Origin: Bacteroidales bacterium
GTDB lineage: Bacteria > Bacteroidota > Bacteroidia > Bacteroidales > UBA1715
Assembly (NCBI GenBank): GCA_045600045.1
Contig: JAZRXD010000089.1
Span: 5,413 to 69,412, forward strand
Reading direction: 5' to 3'
Length of the DNA stretch: 64,000 nucleotides
The notes under the pieces were generated by a model. It was given only the letters and a program-made list of their open reading frames with translations, did not search any database and was not told where the DNA came from. Position 1 is the first letter of the stretch. Each line of letters starts with the position of its first letter. This document shows positions 38,413 to 49,000 of the stretch, one piece after another. The position numbers and the translations under genes were made by a program.

Positions 38413-39114
38413 TTATTCTTCTTCGGGCAAATCAGCTATTTCTCCATTCAAACGGAACTGTATATAGGTAATTTTTTTGCCTTGAGTCAGATAAAACGAC
38501 TCATAATGTGTCTTTATTGACAGGATTTCGTCGCAATACTGAGAATTGTACAAATCGTCTGTTGCTATTAAAATTTCTTGTTTGTTATATTCCAACACAG
38601 TTTTTGTATAATCAAACAGTTCCTTGCTGTCGGTTTTTAGATTAATTACCGCATTTTGTTTGAGCAATCCACGGTACATATTAAGAAATCGAGGCGAAGT
38701 CAATCTTTTTTTTGCTCGTCTTTCGCTCAATTGCGGATCGGGAAAAGTTATCCAAATCTCTTCTACTTCGTCTTTACCGAAAAACGAATCGACAAATTCT
38801 ATTCTCGTGCGCAAAAAAGCAACGTTTTTCATGCCTTTTTCCAACGCTGTTTTTGCTCCACGCCAAAAACGAGCACCTTTTATATCAACACCAATGAAAT
38901 TCTTTTGTGGAAACTTTTCGGCCAAAGCAACCGTATATTCACCTTTGCCGCAGCCAAGTTCAAGCACTATAGGATTTTCGTTTTTCCAATATGTTTTTTG
39001 CCAAGTTCCTTTCAATTTGTAATCCTTTCGGAAAACTTCTTCAAAACCCGGTTGAATTACATTTTCAAACGTTTCGTTCTCGGCAAATCGTTGCAGCTTA
39101 TTTTTCGCGCTCAT
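38413..39114 (-). CDS. trmB: tRNA (guanine-N7)-methyltransferase TrmB
   Basis: LELGCGKGEY, IGVDIKGAR, WITFPDPQ and LKTDS motifs. Confidence 0.95.
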   Translation of the reverse strand: MSAKNKLQRFAENETFENVIQPGFEEVFRKDYKLKGTWQKTYWKNENPIVLELGCGKGEYTVALAEKFPQKNFIGVDIKGARFWRGAKTALEKGMKNVAFLRTRIEFVDSFFGKDEVEEIWITFPDPQLSERRAKKRLTSPRFLNMYRGLLKQNAVINLKTDSKELFDYTKTVLEYNKQEILIATDDLYNSQYCDEILSIKTHYESFYLTQGKKITYIQFRLNGEIADLPEEE

Positions 39115-39581
39115 TATTTTTTATTTACAGACAAGGACACTGATTTAATACCCGCAACGCTACACGCATCGTTCTTGCAACGCATAGCTTGTTCAAATGC
39201 AAAAATATACGTTCCAACTTCTGGGAACCGAACATTTGTTTTAAATTGAAAATCATTTGTATAACCGTTCATTCCCGTACCAAGCCATTCTCCATCGGTG
39301 GAGGAAAGAATAAATTCAACCGTGTCGCGTAGGTATTTATGACTCGGGAAAATCACATCGGTAAACAAAAACAAATTCGCATACGGATACTCGTCATTGT
39401 TGGTAATGGAGAAAACCACATCGTATGATTTCAACGTATCGGTCACCTCAACCGAAAAACGAACAACTGAATCTTTCGACCATTCGGCATTGTCGAATGA
39501 TATCGAGTCCTGAAAAATACTTTTGCTATTACATGCACAAAACAACAAAAGAGAACAGAACACGACGCCCAAACTACGCAT
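39114..39581 (-). CDS. gldH: Gliding motility lipoprotein GldH
   Basis: Lipobox CAC-N; YPYANLFL, RDTVEFIL...GEWLG and GTYIFAFEQAMR. Lies downstream of the PSP1 gene as in other Bacteroidetes; start moved to 39581. Confidence 0.85.
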   Translation of the reverse strand: MRSLGVVFCSLLLFCACNSKSIFQDSISFDNAEWSKDSVVRFSVEVTDTLKSYDVVFSITNNDEYPYANLFLFTDVIFPSHKYLRDTVEFILSSTDGEWLGTGMNGYTNDFQFKTNVRFPEVGTYIFAFEQAMRCKNDACSVAGIKSVSLSVNKK

Positions 39582-40950
39582 TTTCACCTCCGTTGTTTTG
39601 ACCATTTTGCTGATTATTCGGACGATTATTTGGTCGATTATTTCTGTTATGATGTTTATTACGATTTCTATTTGGGTTTTGATTGTTTTGTCCAAAATTT
39701 TGTCGTTGTTCCTGATTATTCTGAGGTTTTTGATTTTTTTGCTCAGAATCTTGCTTTTGCTCCCCTCCGGCTTGAATTTCCGAAGAATTCGCCGCCGATT
39801 GTTGATTATGCTGATTGTTGTGTTTTTTCTTCTTCTTTTTCTTATCGAAGCGAGTTAAGCTTTCCTGACCAACAACATTTTCATAATCAGGGATTTGTTC
39901 CGTTTCAACTTCAAGCACTTCACCTTCAAGAGTTTCCGGTTTAATTCCTTTTTTATTCAATTCAATAAGTTCCTTTACACGTTCAACAGACAATTCCACA
40001 AACGTTGGAACATCGTCTTTCTTATATTGATACGTGAAAATTCCCTTATACACGTCGGTTTTGGCATGATAGGCCTTTCCTTCCTTGAATTCCAAAGGGA
40101 CATTCGTGTCAGGGAAATTCTTACGTGCGTCCATATAACTTGCCAACTCAAAATTCAAGCAACATTTCAACTTTCCGCACTGACCTGCCATTTTTTGTGG
40201 ATTCAACGAAACTTCCTGATAACGAGCAGCATTTGTAGAAACCGAAATAAAGTTTGTTATGAATGACGAGCAACACAAATCACGTCCGCACAAACCAATT
40301 CCACCAATTCGACCAGCCTCCTGGCGAACGCCAATCTGACGCATTTCTATACGAATTTTGAATTCCTCGGCAAAAACCTTAATCAATTCACGGAAATCAA
40401 CACGTTCGTCTGCTATATAATAAAAAATTGCTTTGGTTTTGTCGCCTTGATATTCCACATCGCCAATTTTCATATTCAATTTCAAATCTTTGGCGATTTG
40501 ACGAGCGCGAATCATTGTTTTATGTTCCAAAGCTTTTGCTTCCGTCCATTTTTCAACATCGGCAGGTTTTGCCTTTCTATATATTTTATTGAACGATTCT
40601 GGAACTTTTTTGCCATACATTTTTTTGATTTGTGCAGCTACCAACTCTCCTGTCAACGAAACAATTCCGATATCGTGCCCTGGAGAAGCCTCAACCGTCA
40701 CAATATCACCAATTTCCAACGGCAAGCCCAATTCGTTCACATAAAAATCCTTGCGAGTATTTTTGAATCGAACCTCTACCAATTTGTTGTCCTGGGCTGA
40801 TTCATTTATATCTTTCATCCAATCGTAGCAATATAGTTTCGCGCTTCCGCTACGACCAGCCGATGCCTTCACTTTCTGCATATACAATTCCGTATCGTTT
40901 GCAGAAACTGCAGATTCATCTTTCTTTATATTTGAATTTTCTAATTCCAT
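39574..40950 (-). CDS. ricT: PSP1-domain protein (RicT/YaaT family)
   Basis: VEVRFKNTRKDFY, ERVDFRELIK, GLCGRDLCC and GQCGKLKCCL motifs; N/Q-rich C-terminal tail. Confidence 0.88.
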   Translation of the reverse strand: MELENSNIKKDESAVSANDTELYMQKVKASAGRSGSAKLYCYDWMKDINESAQDNKLVEVRFKNTRKDFYVNELGLPLEIGDIVTVEASPGHDIGIVSLTGELVAAQIKKMYGKKVPESFNKIYRKAKPADVEKWTEAKALEHKTMIRARQIAKDLKLNMKIGDVEYQGDKTKAIFYYIADERVDFRELIKVFAEEFKIRIEMRQIGVRQEAGRIGGIGLCGRDLCCSSFITNFISVSTNAARYQEVSLNPQKMAGQCGKLKCCLNFELASYMDARKNFPDTNVPLEFKEGKAYHAKTDVYKGIFTYQYKKDDVPTFVELSVERVKELIELNKKGIKPETLEGEVLEVETEQIPDYENVVGQESLTRFDKKKKKKKHNNQHNQQSAANSSEIQAGGEQKQDSEQKNQKPQNNQEQRQNFGQNNQNPNRNRNKHHNRNNRPNNRPNNQQNGQNNGGENA

Positions 40951-40995
40951 AGTTAATTTAATTCGTGCAAAGATACACTTTTTGTATTGTACAAA

Positions 40996-41451
40996 CTACC
41001 AATTCACATAGGGAAAATCTCCATAAAAAATCGTTTTCCCGCTTTTCACTTTTGAATAGGCCTTTTCTTCGTCGTTGCAATTATAATATGTGGTTTTCTT
41101 CGTTCGTGTGTCGGTTTTGTAATAGCCTAAACATTGGTCATCCCTATCATAGCGATAGTTTTTTCGGTCTTTCACTTTTAAATAATTCACCACATTTCCC
41201 GAAACATCGTAATTCACAGTACGATGCGTTTTTTTGTCAACTTTGGCATAACCGATTTCTTTGTTTTTACAATTGTAGTGAATTGTCGCACCGCGTTTTG
41301 GATCGTATTTATCGTAACCTTTACAGTTTCCGTTTTGGTCGTAAAAATACGTTTTGCTTCCTTCAACTTTTGAATATCCAGATTCTTCCTGAGCAAACGA
41401 AACCTGTACGATTGACAATAGAGAAATGAATACCAACAATATCTTTTTCAT
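40996..41451 (-). CDS. Secreted hypothetical protein with Tyr/Lys-rich beta-hairpin repeats
   Basis: Signal peptide; about five loose units of the form Y(D/N)xxxxxxGYxKxD. Confidence 0.7.
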   Translation of the reverse strand: MKKILLVFISLLSIVQVSFAQEESGYSKVEGSKTYFYDQNGNCKGYDKYDPKRGATIHYNCKNKEIGYAKVDKKTHRTVNYDVSGNVVNYLKVKDRKNYRYDRDDQCLGYYKTDTRTKKTTYYNCNDEEKAYSKVKSGKTIFYGDFPYVNW

Positions 41452-41455
41452 AAAA

Positions 41456-42604
41456 TTAGGCTCTAATTAAAACAATGATTTTCATAAACAAGTCGAAAAA
41501 GATGATTTTCGAATTTCCGTTACGAACAATATGGTAATGAGCAGTATTGAATTCTTTTGTAAAACCAGCCACGTTTCGTTCGTTGATAAACGGATGGAAT
41601 TTTTCGGCGAAACTATTTTCCTGTTTATCCATATAAAGAATTTCAGGAATATTTTGATTGCTAATAAAATTTTCGCGCACTTCGCGTAAACAATACATCA
41701 AAAACGACTTTTGTTTTTCACGTCCCCAGGCGTCAACCTCGTCAACCATAGTATTCAATGTAAAAACATCTTTTTGCCAAGCACTTCGCATCATTCGAGT
41801 AAACATATCAAAATATTGTGACGGCGCATTGTCCGACGTAACCATTTTGAAAGCTTGAATATAGTTTCCGTTAGCATTTTTCACAAGAGACTGAAGTTCA
41901 TCGCCTTCGAGCATAAAATCGTCGTGAAGTTTTTGTGCAAGACTGTCGTCGTCAATTTTGGGAATTCTCACAATTTGTGTACGCGACAAAATTGTCGGCA
42001 ACATATATCTTGTGTCTTCGGTAATCAAAAGAAACAATGTGTTTGGTGCTGGTTCTTCCAATATCTTCAAAATCTTGTTGGCACACGATTCGTTCATTTT
42101 TTCTGCCATCCAAATCACCATAACTTTATATTTCGCACTAAAGTTACTGATTGACAACTTGTGGATAATTCCTTTTACTTTCGCATCGTCATCGCCAGCA
42201 GCCTCCGATTCATAAATTATAGGTTGTTTACTTTCCACACCAATATGCGATTGCCACCATTCCAAACTAATGTACGGATTTTGAGAAAACAATTCTCGCC
42301 ATTCAGGTAAATAATCATCGCAACAAAGTTTGTCACGTGTTTTGTCTTTTACAATAGGAAACACAAAATGCAAATCAGGATGTTGCAATTTCGCGTATGC
42401 TTTGCACGAGGGACATTCGCCACAAGAATCCATTCCATTTGGATGTTCGCAATTCAGATATTGGGCAAAAGCCAACGCCAACGGCAATTTTCCGGAACCT
42501 TCCGGGCCAGTGAACATATACGCATGTGCGACACGATTCATTGCAACCGTTTCACACAACTGCTTCTTCACCGACTCCTGTCCAATAACCTCGCTAAACA
42601 ACAT
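41456..42604 (-). CDS. holB: DNA polymerase III subunit delta'
   Basis: AHAYMFTGPEGSGK, CGECPSC, HPDLHF, ANKILKILEEP and LPTILSRTQ motifs. Confidence 0.93.
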   Translation of the reverse strand: MLFSEVIGQESVKKQLCETVAMNRVAHAYMFTGPEGSGKLPLALAFAQYLNCEHPNGMDSCGECPSCKAYAKLQHPDLHFVFPIVKDKTRDKLCCDDYLPEWRELFSQNPYISLEWWQSHIGVESKQPIIYESEAAGDDDAKVKGIIHKLSISNFSAKYKVMVIWMAEKMNESCANKILKILEEPAPNTLFLLITEDTRYMLPTILSRTQIVRIPKIDDDSLAQKLHDDFMLEGDELQSLVKNANGNYIQAFKMVTSDNAPSQYFDMFTRMMRSAWQKDVFTLNTMVDEVDAWGREKQKSFLMYCLREVRENFISNQNIPEILYMDKQENSFAEKFHPFINERNVAGFTKEFNTAHYHIVRNGNSKIIFFDLFMKIIVLIRA

Positions 42605-42694
42605 ATTCTTTTTATAATTTTGGAATATGCAAATATAACAAATGAATCGGTTTTTCTAAAAAATGAAGAAAAGGAAAAACAAAGGTTATAGCCA

Positions 42695-43180
42695 TTAAAA
42701 ATGATATCGCACGCCTGCTCGAACCATCGGGTTCGTACGACCAGACAACGCCTCATCGTACAACACATCGTACAATACCAACGCATACACATCGGTTCGT
42801 TCGGTCAATCTTGTAGTTCCTCCCACGCCAATCGGCAAAGATGTGAGCGTTGCATGATATCCTTCGGAATCCGACAACAACGAGTATTCGTATTCCGCAT
42901 GAACAAACACGTTAAAATCAAAATGATATTCTGCAAAAACACGAGCACCATACATTTGTGTCCAATACGACGACGACAATTCTTTGTTATACAACCAAAA
43001 TGGTGAACCACCAACTTTTATGTGGCTAATAAACGTATATGTGATTTCCGGTGCAAAATCAACCGACAAATAATTGTTTGTGATACCAATGCCGCACGTT
43101 CCGCCTACATCGACTTGCGAAAAACAATTCAAGCTAAAAATCAAGCTTGCGAGTAAATAAAACAATCGTTTTTTCTGCAT
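42695..43180 (-). CDS. Small outer-membrane beta-barrel protein
   Basis: Signal peptide, alternating amphipathic strands and C-terminal GVRYHF. Confidence 0.7.
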   Translation of the reverse strand: MQKKRLFYLLASLIFSLNCFSQVDVGGTCGIGITNNYLSVDFAPEITYTFISHIKVGGSPFWLYNKELSSSYWTQMYGARVFAEYHFDFNVFVHAEYEYSLLSDSEGYHATLTSLPIGVGGTTRLTERTDVYALVLYDVLYDEALSGRTNPMVRAGVRYHF

Positions 43181-43232
43181 AAAAATTTACCTTTGCACTA
43201 CACGATAAAAATAAACAATTTTTTAATTCAAC

Positions 43233-44231
43233 ATGCAAAAAACTCTTGTTGGCAAAAATAATTCCTATACGTTTGACTTTGTTACGGCCAACGAAACAGA
43301 AAACTCGGCCGATGATTTAGGACTTCTTTTCCACGGCAAATGCGACCAAACGCACGAACCTGTCATTATTCGACATATTGCAAACAAGCAACTGATTAAA
43401 AGCCAACAACACCTGTTATTGGTACAAAATATTTTCGCCACATTAAACCATTTGCATAGTGGAATTGTCCAAACACGCGATTTCATATACGACGAAGACG
43501 GCATTTTTATCGTTCGCGAGCAACTCGAAGGAATTGATTTACATCAAATTGCATTCACAGGAGATTATCCCCACCTACGAAACCAAAAGTTTTTTCTGAA
43601 AGTAGCCGAAAAAGTCTGCGAAATACTTTCGGTTCTTCATCAAAACAAAATCATTCACCGACGAATACAGCCAAGCAACATTTTTTTTGTAGCGAATGAA
43701 TTAGGACAAATCGACAAGGAAAACCCAACCGTAAAATTGTTGAATTTTGAATACGCACAAATCAACGGACAAAACATTTTAGGATTCAATTCCATTCCAT
43801 ACGTATTGTATTATTCCGCGCCAGAATTAGTGCTACAATGTAATCCGATGGTAAACGCAACTTGCGATCTTTATAGTTTGGGAATATCAATTTACGAAGC
43901 ATTTGCACGCGAACACGCATTCTTTTGCGACAACGACGATAAGAATCTCATTCTCAACATGCAACTCTCCTATCCTATAAAAAGACATTATCGCATTCCA
44001 AAACAAGTGTTTCCTCTTTTGCAACAAGCTACAACAAAACACCTATTCAAATCACCACCAATGCGTTACAAGCCAGATGCACGCACTAAATATTTTTATT
44101 TGGCTCAAAAAAATCGATTTCAATCAGCCGAAGAAATGCAACAAGCATTAACAACATTGATTACCGAACTACCCGATGAAAAAGAGAATGTAATAATTCA
44201 AAAATTGAAAAAAATATTTGGAACGAAATAG
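43233..44231 (+). CDS. Ser/Thr protein kinase-like protein, predicted pseudokinase
   Basis: Hanks subdomains are recognisable (IIHRRIQPSNIFF, KLLNFE, YSAPE, DLYSLG) but the catalytic residues are substituted. TACCTTTG -7 box at 43188-43195. Confidence 0.8.
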   Translation: MQKTLVGKNNSYTFDFVTANETENSADDLGLLFHGKCDQTHEPVIIRHIANKQLIKSQQHLLLVQNIFATLNHLHSGIVQTRDFIYDEDGIFIVREQLEGIDLHQIAFTGDYPHLRNQKFFLKVAEKVCEILSVLHQNKIIHRRIQPSNIFFVANELGQIDKENPTVKLLNFEYAQINGQNILGFNSIPYVLYYSAPELVLQCNPMVNATCDLYSLGISIYEAFAREHAFFCDNDDKNLILNMQLSYPIKRHYRIPKQVFPLLQQATTKHLFKSPPMRYKPDARTKYFYLAQKNRFQSAEEMQQALTTLITELPDEKENVIIQKLKKIFGTK

Positions 44232-44335
44232 CACCACGAGTTCCAAATTTTAATTTTAATTTCCGCTATCTTAATTCCGATTTTTTTTATCTTTGGGCTG
44301 CAAAAAATTAAGTATTAATAAAAACAATTTATACA

Positions 44336-45610
44336 ATGCAAACAATTGACAACTACAAATTTGCTGGTAAAAAAGCAATTGTCCGTGTGGACTTCAACGT
44401 TCCATTGGAAAATGGTAAAGTAAAAGATGATACTCGTATCATGGGTGCTCTTCCAACTTTGAAAAAAGTTTTGGCAGACGGTGGTTCTTTAATCATTATG
44501 AGCCACATGGGTAAACCAAAAGGACAAGTTGCTGCAAAATATTCTTTGAGCCAAATCGTTGACGCTGTTGCAGAACGTCTTGGTGCTCCTGTAAAATTCG
44601 CTCCAGACTGTGCAAAAGCTGCTGACGCTGCTGCTGCTTTGAAACCTGGAGAAGTTCTTTTGTTGGAAAACCTTCGTTTCTACCCAGAAGAAGAAGGAAA
44701 ACCTGTTGGAATTGAAAAAGAAGATCCTAACTACGACGCAGCTAAGAAAGAAATGAAAGCAAAACAAAAAGAATTTGCTAAAACATTGGCTTCATACGCA
44801 GACTGCTACATTATGGACGCATTCGGAACTGCTCACCGTTCACACGCTTCTACAGCTGTAATCGCTGACTATTTCGACGTAAACAGCAAAATGTTGGGCT
44901 ACTTGATGGAAAAAGAAGTAAAGGCTGTTGACAATGTATTGAACAACATCAACCGTCCTTTCGTTGCCATTATGGGTGGTTCTAAAGTTTCTACAAAAAT
45001 CGGTATCATCGAAAACTTGATGACAAAAGTTGACAAGTTGGTTCTTTGCGGTGGTATGACATATACTTTCGCTAAAGCTAATGGTGGTAACATTGGTTCA
45101 TCTATCTGCGAAGAAGATAAACTTGACTTAGCTCTTAATATTCAAGAATTAGCAAAGAAAAACAACGTAGAATTAGTTCTTGGAACCGACTCTGTTATCA
45201 CTAACGGTTTTGACTTCGACACAATGTCGTTGAAAGCCGGCGCTGATGTTAAAGTTGCTCCTTCTGGTGCAATTGCCGATGGTTACGAAGGTTTGGATGC
45301 AGGACCAGAAAGTCAAAAGAAATTCGCTGAAGCTATCAAAGGTGCAAAAACAATCCTATGGAACGGTCCTGCCGGAGTATTCGAATGTGACGACTTCACT
45401 GCTGGTTCAAAAGCTATTGCAAACGCAATCGCAGCTGCTACAAAAGACGGTGCATTCTCGTTAATCGGTGGTGGTGATTCTGTTGCTTGTATCAACAAAT
45501 TCGGTTTGGCTGATCAAGTTTCTTACATCTCAACTGGTGGTGGTGCATTACTTGAAGCAATCGAAGGAAAAGTTCTTCCTGGTGTTGCAGCAATCAAAGA
45601 TGCAAAATAA
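44336..45610 (+). CDS. pgk: Phosphoglycerate kinase
   Basis: [32 protein letters not shown] and STGGGALLE motifs. TATCTTTG -7 box at 44288-44295. Confidence 0.98.
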   Translation: MQTIDNYKFAGKKAIVRVDFNVPLENGKVKDDTRIMGALPTLKKVLADGGSLIIMSHMGKPKGQVAAKYSLSQIVDAVAERLGAPVKFAPDCAKAADAAAALKPGEVLLLENLRFYPEEEGKPVGIEKEDPNYDAAKKEMKAKQKEFAKTLASYADCYIMDAFGTAHRSHASTAVIADYFDVNSKMLGYLMEKEVKAVDNVLNNINRPFVAIMGGSKVSTKIGIIENLMTKVDKLVLCGGMTYTFAKANGGNIGSSICEEDKLDLALNIQELAKKNNVELVLGTDSVITNGFDFDTMSLKAGADVKVAPSGAIADGYEGLDAGPESQKKFAEAIKGAKTILWNGPAGVFECDDFTAGSKAIANAIAAATKDGAFSLIGGGDSVACINKFGLADQVSYISTGGGALLEAIEGKVLPGVAAIKDAK

Positions 45611-45631
45611 TTTTAACATCATTTCAATAGG

Positions 45632-45660
45632 AAAAGGCGGTCATTTGATCGCCTTTTTTT
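45632..45660 (+). terminator. Intrinsic terminator after pgk
   Basis: AAAAGGCGGTCA-tt-TGATCGCCTTTT followed by a T tract. Confidence 0.8.
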
Positions 45661-45682
45661 ATTTTTGTACAAAATCAAATAC

Positions 45683-47752
45683 ATGAAATACTTCAAACTT
45701 CTTGTTGTCTGCTTGCTGTTTTCAATCTTCAGTTTCTCACAAACCGCAGATTGGAAGATTTCTTATTCTGCAAACCCAACAACAAAAAACACATTCGCCA
45801 TTCTATTTGAAATTTCCATTCCGCAAGACTTCCACATGTACAGCTTTGACCAAGTTGATGGCGGTCCGATTGCGGCAAAAATTGATTTTGTACTTCCCGA
45901 CGGCATTGAGAAAAAAGGCGGTCTTCACATAGATTCAAAACAACCAGAAGAATTTTTTGACGATATTTTTGAAATCAATATCAGACAATTCTCCAATTCA
46001 ACCAAATGGAGTCAAGAATTTGTCGTTACCAAAGAGATTGAGCCTTGTGAAATAAAAGGTTCCTATAGTTATCAACTTTGCAAGGACGACGGATATTGCC
46101 TTAATCCGTTTCCCGAGGAATTTTCCATACAAATTCCCGCATATTCGGTAAGCTCCAAAATAACAGACAAACTTGAGCAAAGCAACAAACAACCGCAACA
46201 AATACAAATTGATACACAATCGGTTGACACAATAGCAAAAATCATCGAAGGAATTATACAAGACAGCGTTATAACAAGTGTTATTCCTCAAGAAGAAAAA
46301 TTCGATGAACAAATTCAGGCAGAAAGTCGTTCATTATGGCTCATTTTCCTATTAGGATTCCTTGGCGGACTGCTCGCATTCCTTACTCCATGCGTATTTC
46401 CAATGGTTCCAATGACGGTGAGTATGTTCCTCAAACGTGACCAAAAACACGCATTACGCGACATTTTCGTATATGGTCTTTCCATTGTCGTTATTTTCGT
46501 CGCTTTGGGATTGTGCATCACGTTACTTTTCGGTGTCGATGCGCTGAACAAACTTTCTACAGAACCAGCATTTAACATGGTGTTCTTCTTCATTTTCGTA
46601 ATTTTTGCAATCTCATTTTTCGGTGTGTTCGAACTGATGCTCCCAACAAGCTGGATAAATTATTTTGACCAAAAAGCGGACAACTCAAAAGGATTTCTCA
46701 GTATTTTCTTTATGGCTTTCACCTTGGTACTTGTATCATTTTCGTGCACGGCTATGATTATCGGCACCTTGCTGGTTGAATCAGTCGTTTCCGGTTCAAT
46801 TACAGGACCATTAGTTGGAATGCTCGGTTTTGCTATAGCACTGGCATTGCCATTCATTGTCTTTGCGGCAGTCCCATCTTTATTATCTTCAATGAAAAAG
46901 TCGGGCGATTGGATGAACGACGTAAAAATTTCATTGGGTTTCATAGAATTAGGTTTTGCGCTTAAATTCATCTCAAAAGCAGATTTAGTTGCAGGTTGGG
47001 GAATTTTACCTCGCGATTTGTTTATTGCAATTTGGATTATTCTACTCATTCTGTGGGGATTATGCATATTGCGCATCATACGAATTGGCGATTGCGAAAA
47101 GAAAAAATTGTCTAAAACGAGAATCGGCATTTCCATTATTATTTTCGCATTTGCACTCTATCTTGTTCCTGGATTTTTGGGTAAACCAATTGATATTATC
47201 AGCGGCTGGCTGCCACCTATGAGCACACAAAAAATCCACGTGTTTTCCAACGAAAATCAATCTAAAATAACGCCAAACAAAAAATATGGCGACATTTTTC
47301 ATTCGCCTTACGGTATCAACGGATTCTACGATTACGACGAAGGTTTGGCATTTGCAAAATCAGTTAACAAACCTATTTTATTGGATTTCACCGGTCTTGG
47401 TTGCGAAAACTGTCGAAAAATCGAAATGAATGTTTGGGCAAAACCAGAAATTCTGTCAATAATCAAAAACGACTACGTGCTTATTTCCCTCTATCTTGAT
47501 TCTCGCGAGCCATTGGATTCATCGCTTGTTAGAGACGAAGTTTACGGAGAAAAAACATATAAAATAAGAACTGTCGGCGAACATTGGAGTATGTTTATGA
47601 TGAGAAATTACAAAGGATTGATGCAACCATATTATGTATTGCTTTCTCCCGACGGAGAAAAACTTTGTGAACCAGCGACATACGATGATGCGAAAGATGT
47701 TGCGAAATATAAATCGTTCCTTGAATCAGGGTTGAAAAAAATGAGGGAATAA
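45683..47752 (+). CDS. dsbD: Thiol:disulfide interchange protein DsbD
   Basis: N-terminal Cys pair (QLCKDDGYC), TM domain with TPCVFPM and SFSCTA, and C-terminal thioredoxin GCENCRK. Confidence 0.9.
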   Translation: MKYFKLLVVCLLFSIFSFSQTADWKISYSANPTTKNTFAILFEISIPQDFHMYSFDQVDGGPIAAKIDFVLPDGIEKKGGLHIDSKQPEEFFDDIFEINIRQFSNSTKWSQEFVVTKEIEPCEIKGSYSYQLCKDDGYCLNPFPEEFSIQIPAYSVSSKITDKLEQSNKQPQQIQIDTQSVDTIAKIIEGIIQDSVITSVIPQEEKFDEQIQAESRSLWLIFLLGFLGGLLAFLTPCVFPMVPMTVSMFLKRDQKHALRDIFVYGLSIVVIFVALGLCITLLFGVDALNKLSTEPAFNMVFFFIFVIFAISFFGVFELMLPTSWINYFDQKADNSKGFLSIFFMAFTLVLVSFSCTAMIIGTLLVESVVSGSITGPLVGMLGFAIALALPFIVFAAVPSLLSSMKKSGDWMNDVKISLGFIELGFALKFISKADLVAGWGILPRDLFIAIWIILLILWGLCILRIIRIGDCEKKKLSKTRIGISIIIFAFALYLVPGFLGKPIDIISGWLPPMSTQKIHVFSNENQSKITPNKKYGDIFHSPYGINGFYDYDEGLAFAKSVNKPILLDFTGLGCENCRKIEMNVWAKPEILSIIKNDYVLISLYLDSREPLDSSLVRDEVYGEKTYKIRTVGEHWSMFMMRNYKGLMQPYYVLLSPDGEKLCEPATYDDAKDVAKYKSFLESGLKKMRE

Positions 47753-47757
47753 CAACT

Positions 47758-48912
47758 CTATTCCAAATACCACGATTTTATTTTATTCAATACCACAGTT
47801 TGTTTTCCGAAAAACGCCAAAACATCGAGCAACCACGTGTGTTTTGCAATTGTTTGTTGTAATTTGTAACGAATGTGCATTTCTTTTTCAACACGTTTTC
47901 TCAATGTACTCGAATACATTTTTGTTGCTTGTTTCGAGCAATTATTTTGAAGAATACATTGTTCTGCCTTCTGTGCGGCAAAATAACCGCTTACCATTGC
48001 CGAACCAATTCCTCCGCCCGAAATCGGATCAATCAAACTTGCCGCATCGCCACAAACACAAAAATTGTCACCAAAACAATTGAATTCATCAGTATTATAA
48101 GGAATCAAGCCACCTTGAAGTGGAGAAATTTGTTGTGCCTCGGAAAAACGTTCCTTCAAAATCGGATCATTCACAATCCACGATTCAAACACGTCGCGAA
48201 TATCTTGTTCACCTATGGAATTTTCGCATAAATGACAGCCAAATCCCACATTTGCAGAACCATCCTTCATTGGAAACACCCACAAATAACCCGGGAAATA
48301 ATCTTTTTTATAATGTAATTCTATCGTGTCGAGTTTCAAATTTTTCACGCCTGTGTAATAAGCACGTACAGCAACGCCCATCTTGGTCCTATCGTAAACA
48401 GTGTCAGTCAATTTTCGTGCGATTTTTGAAGAAGCACCATTACAAACCAACACCATCTTCGCTAAAAAAATTTTATCGTTTTCCGTAATCAATTTCAAGC
48501 CGTTGGGAACTCGTTCCACATCTTTAACACCACTATTCTGATAAATCTTTGCATTTTTACAATCACGCTGAACCAACGAAAACAAAAAATTATCGAATTC
48601 ACGTCGTTTACACGTATAACCAAAGCTTTTAAAATTAATCAAATACGGACGACCTTTGTAAACCAATTCCGTATTGTGGACGCACAAGGAATTTTGCGTA
48701 GCTAAAAATTCATCGAAATAAGCTGGATTAATTGCTTTCAACGTATTGATACTGCGGTCGCAAACACCATCGCCACAAATTTTGTTGCGAGGAAATTCTT
48801 TTTTCTCAAACAAAGCAACCGACACGTTCGAATTTCGTAACGTCAATGCGGCAGAACAACCTGATGGTCCTGCACCAATTATAGCAATATCAATTTGTTG
48901 TACATCTTCCAT
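47758..48912 (-). CDS. Geranylgeranyl-reductase-family FAD-dependent oxidoreductase
   Basis: IIGAGPSG, RNKICGDG, GYLWVFP and GDAASLIDPISGGGIGSAM motifs. Confidence 0.88.
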   Translation of the reverse strand: MEDVQQIDIAIIGAGPSGCSAALTLRNSNVSVALFEKKEFPRNKICGDGVCDRSINTLKAINPAYFDEFLATQNSLCVHNTELVYKGRPYLINFKSFGYTCKRREFDNFLFSLVQRDCKNAKIYQNSGVKDVERVPNGLKLITENDKIFLAKMVLVCNGASSKIARKLTDTVYDRTKMGVAVRAYYTGVKNLKLDTIELHYKKDYFPGYLWVFPMKDGSANVGFGCHLCENSIGEQDIRDVFESWIVNDPILKERFSEAQQISPLQGGLIPYNTDEFNCFGDNFCVCGDAASLIDPISGGGIGSAMVSGYFAAQKAEQCILQNNCSKQATKMYSSTLRKRVEKEMHIRYKLQQTIAKHTWLLDVLAFFGKQTVVLNKIKSWYLE

Positions 48913-49000
48913 GGTCGCAAAGATATAAAATCGAATGTAACCAAAAGAAAAAACCTTGACACATATTCCTTTTTCGGGTACATTTATAAAAAAAATTACT

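Noticed and set aside
38624-39249. 132-aa and 197-aa plus-strand ORFs
   Set aside because: They are antisense shadows of trmB/gldH with no motifs. The same applies to the other short ORFs nested opposite long genes.
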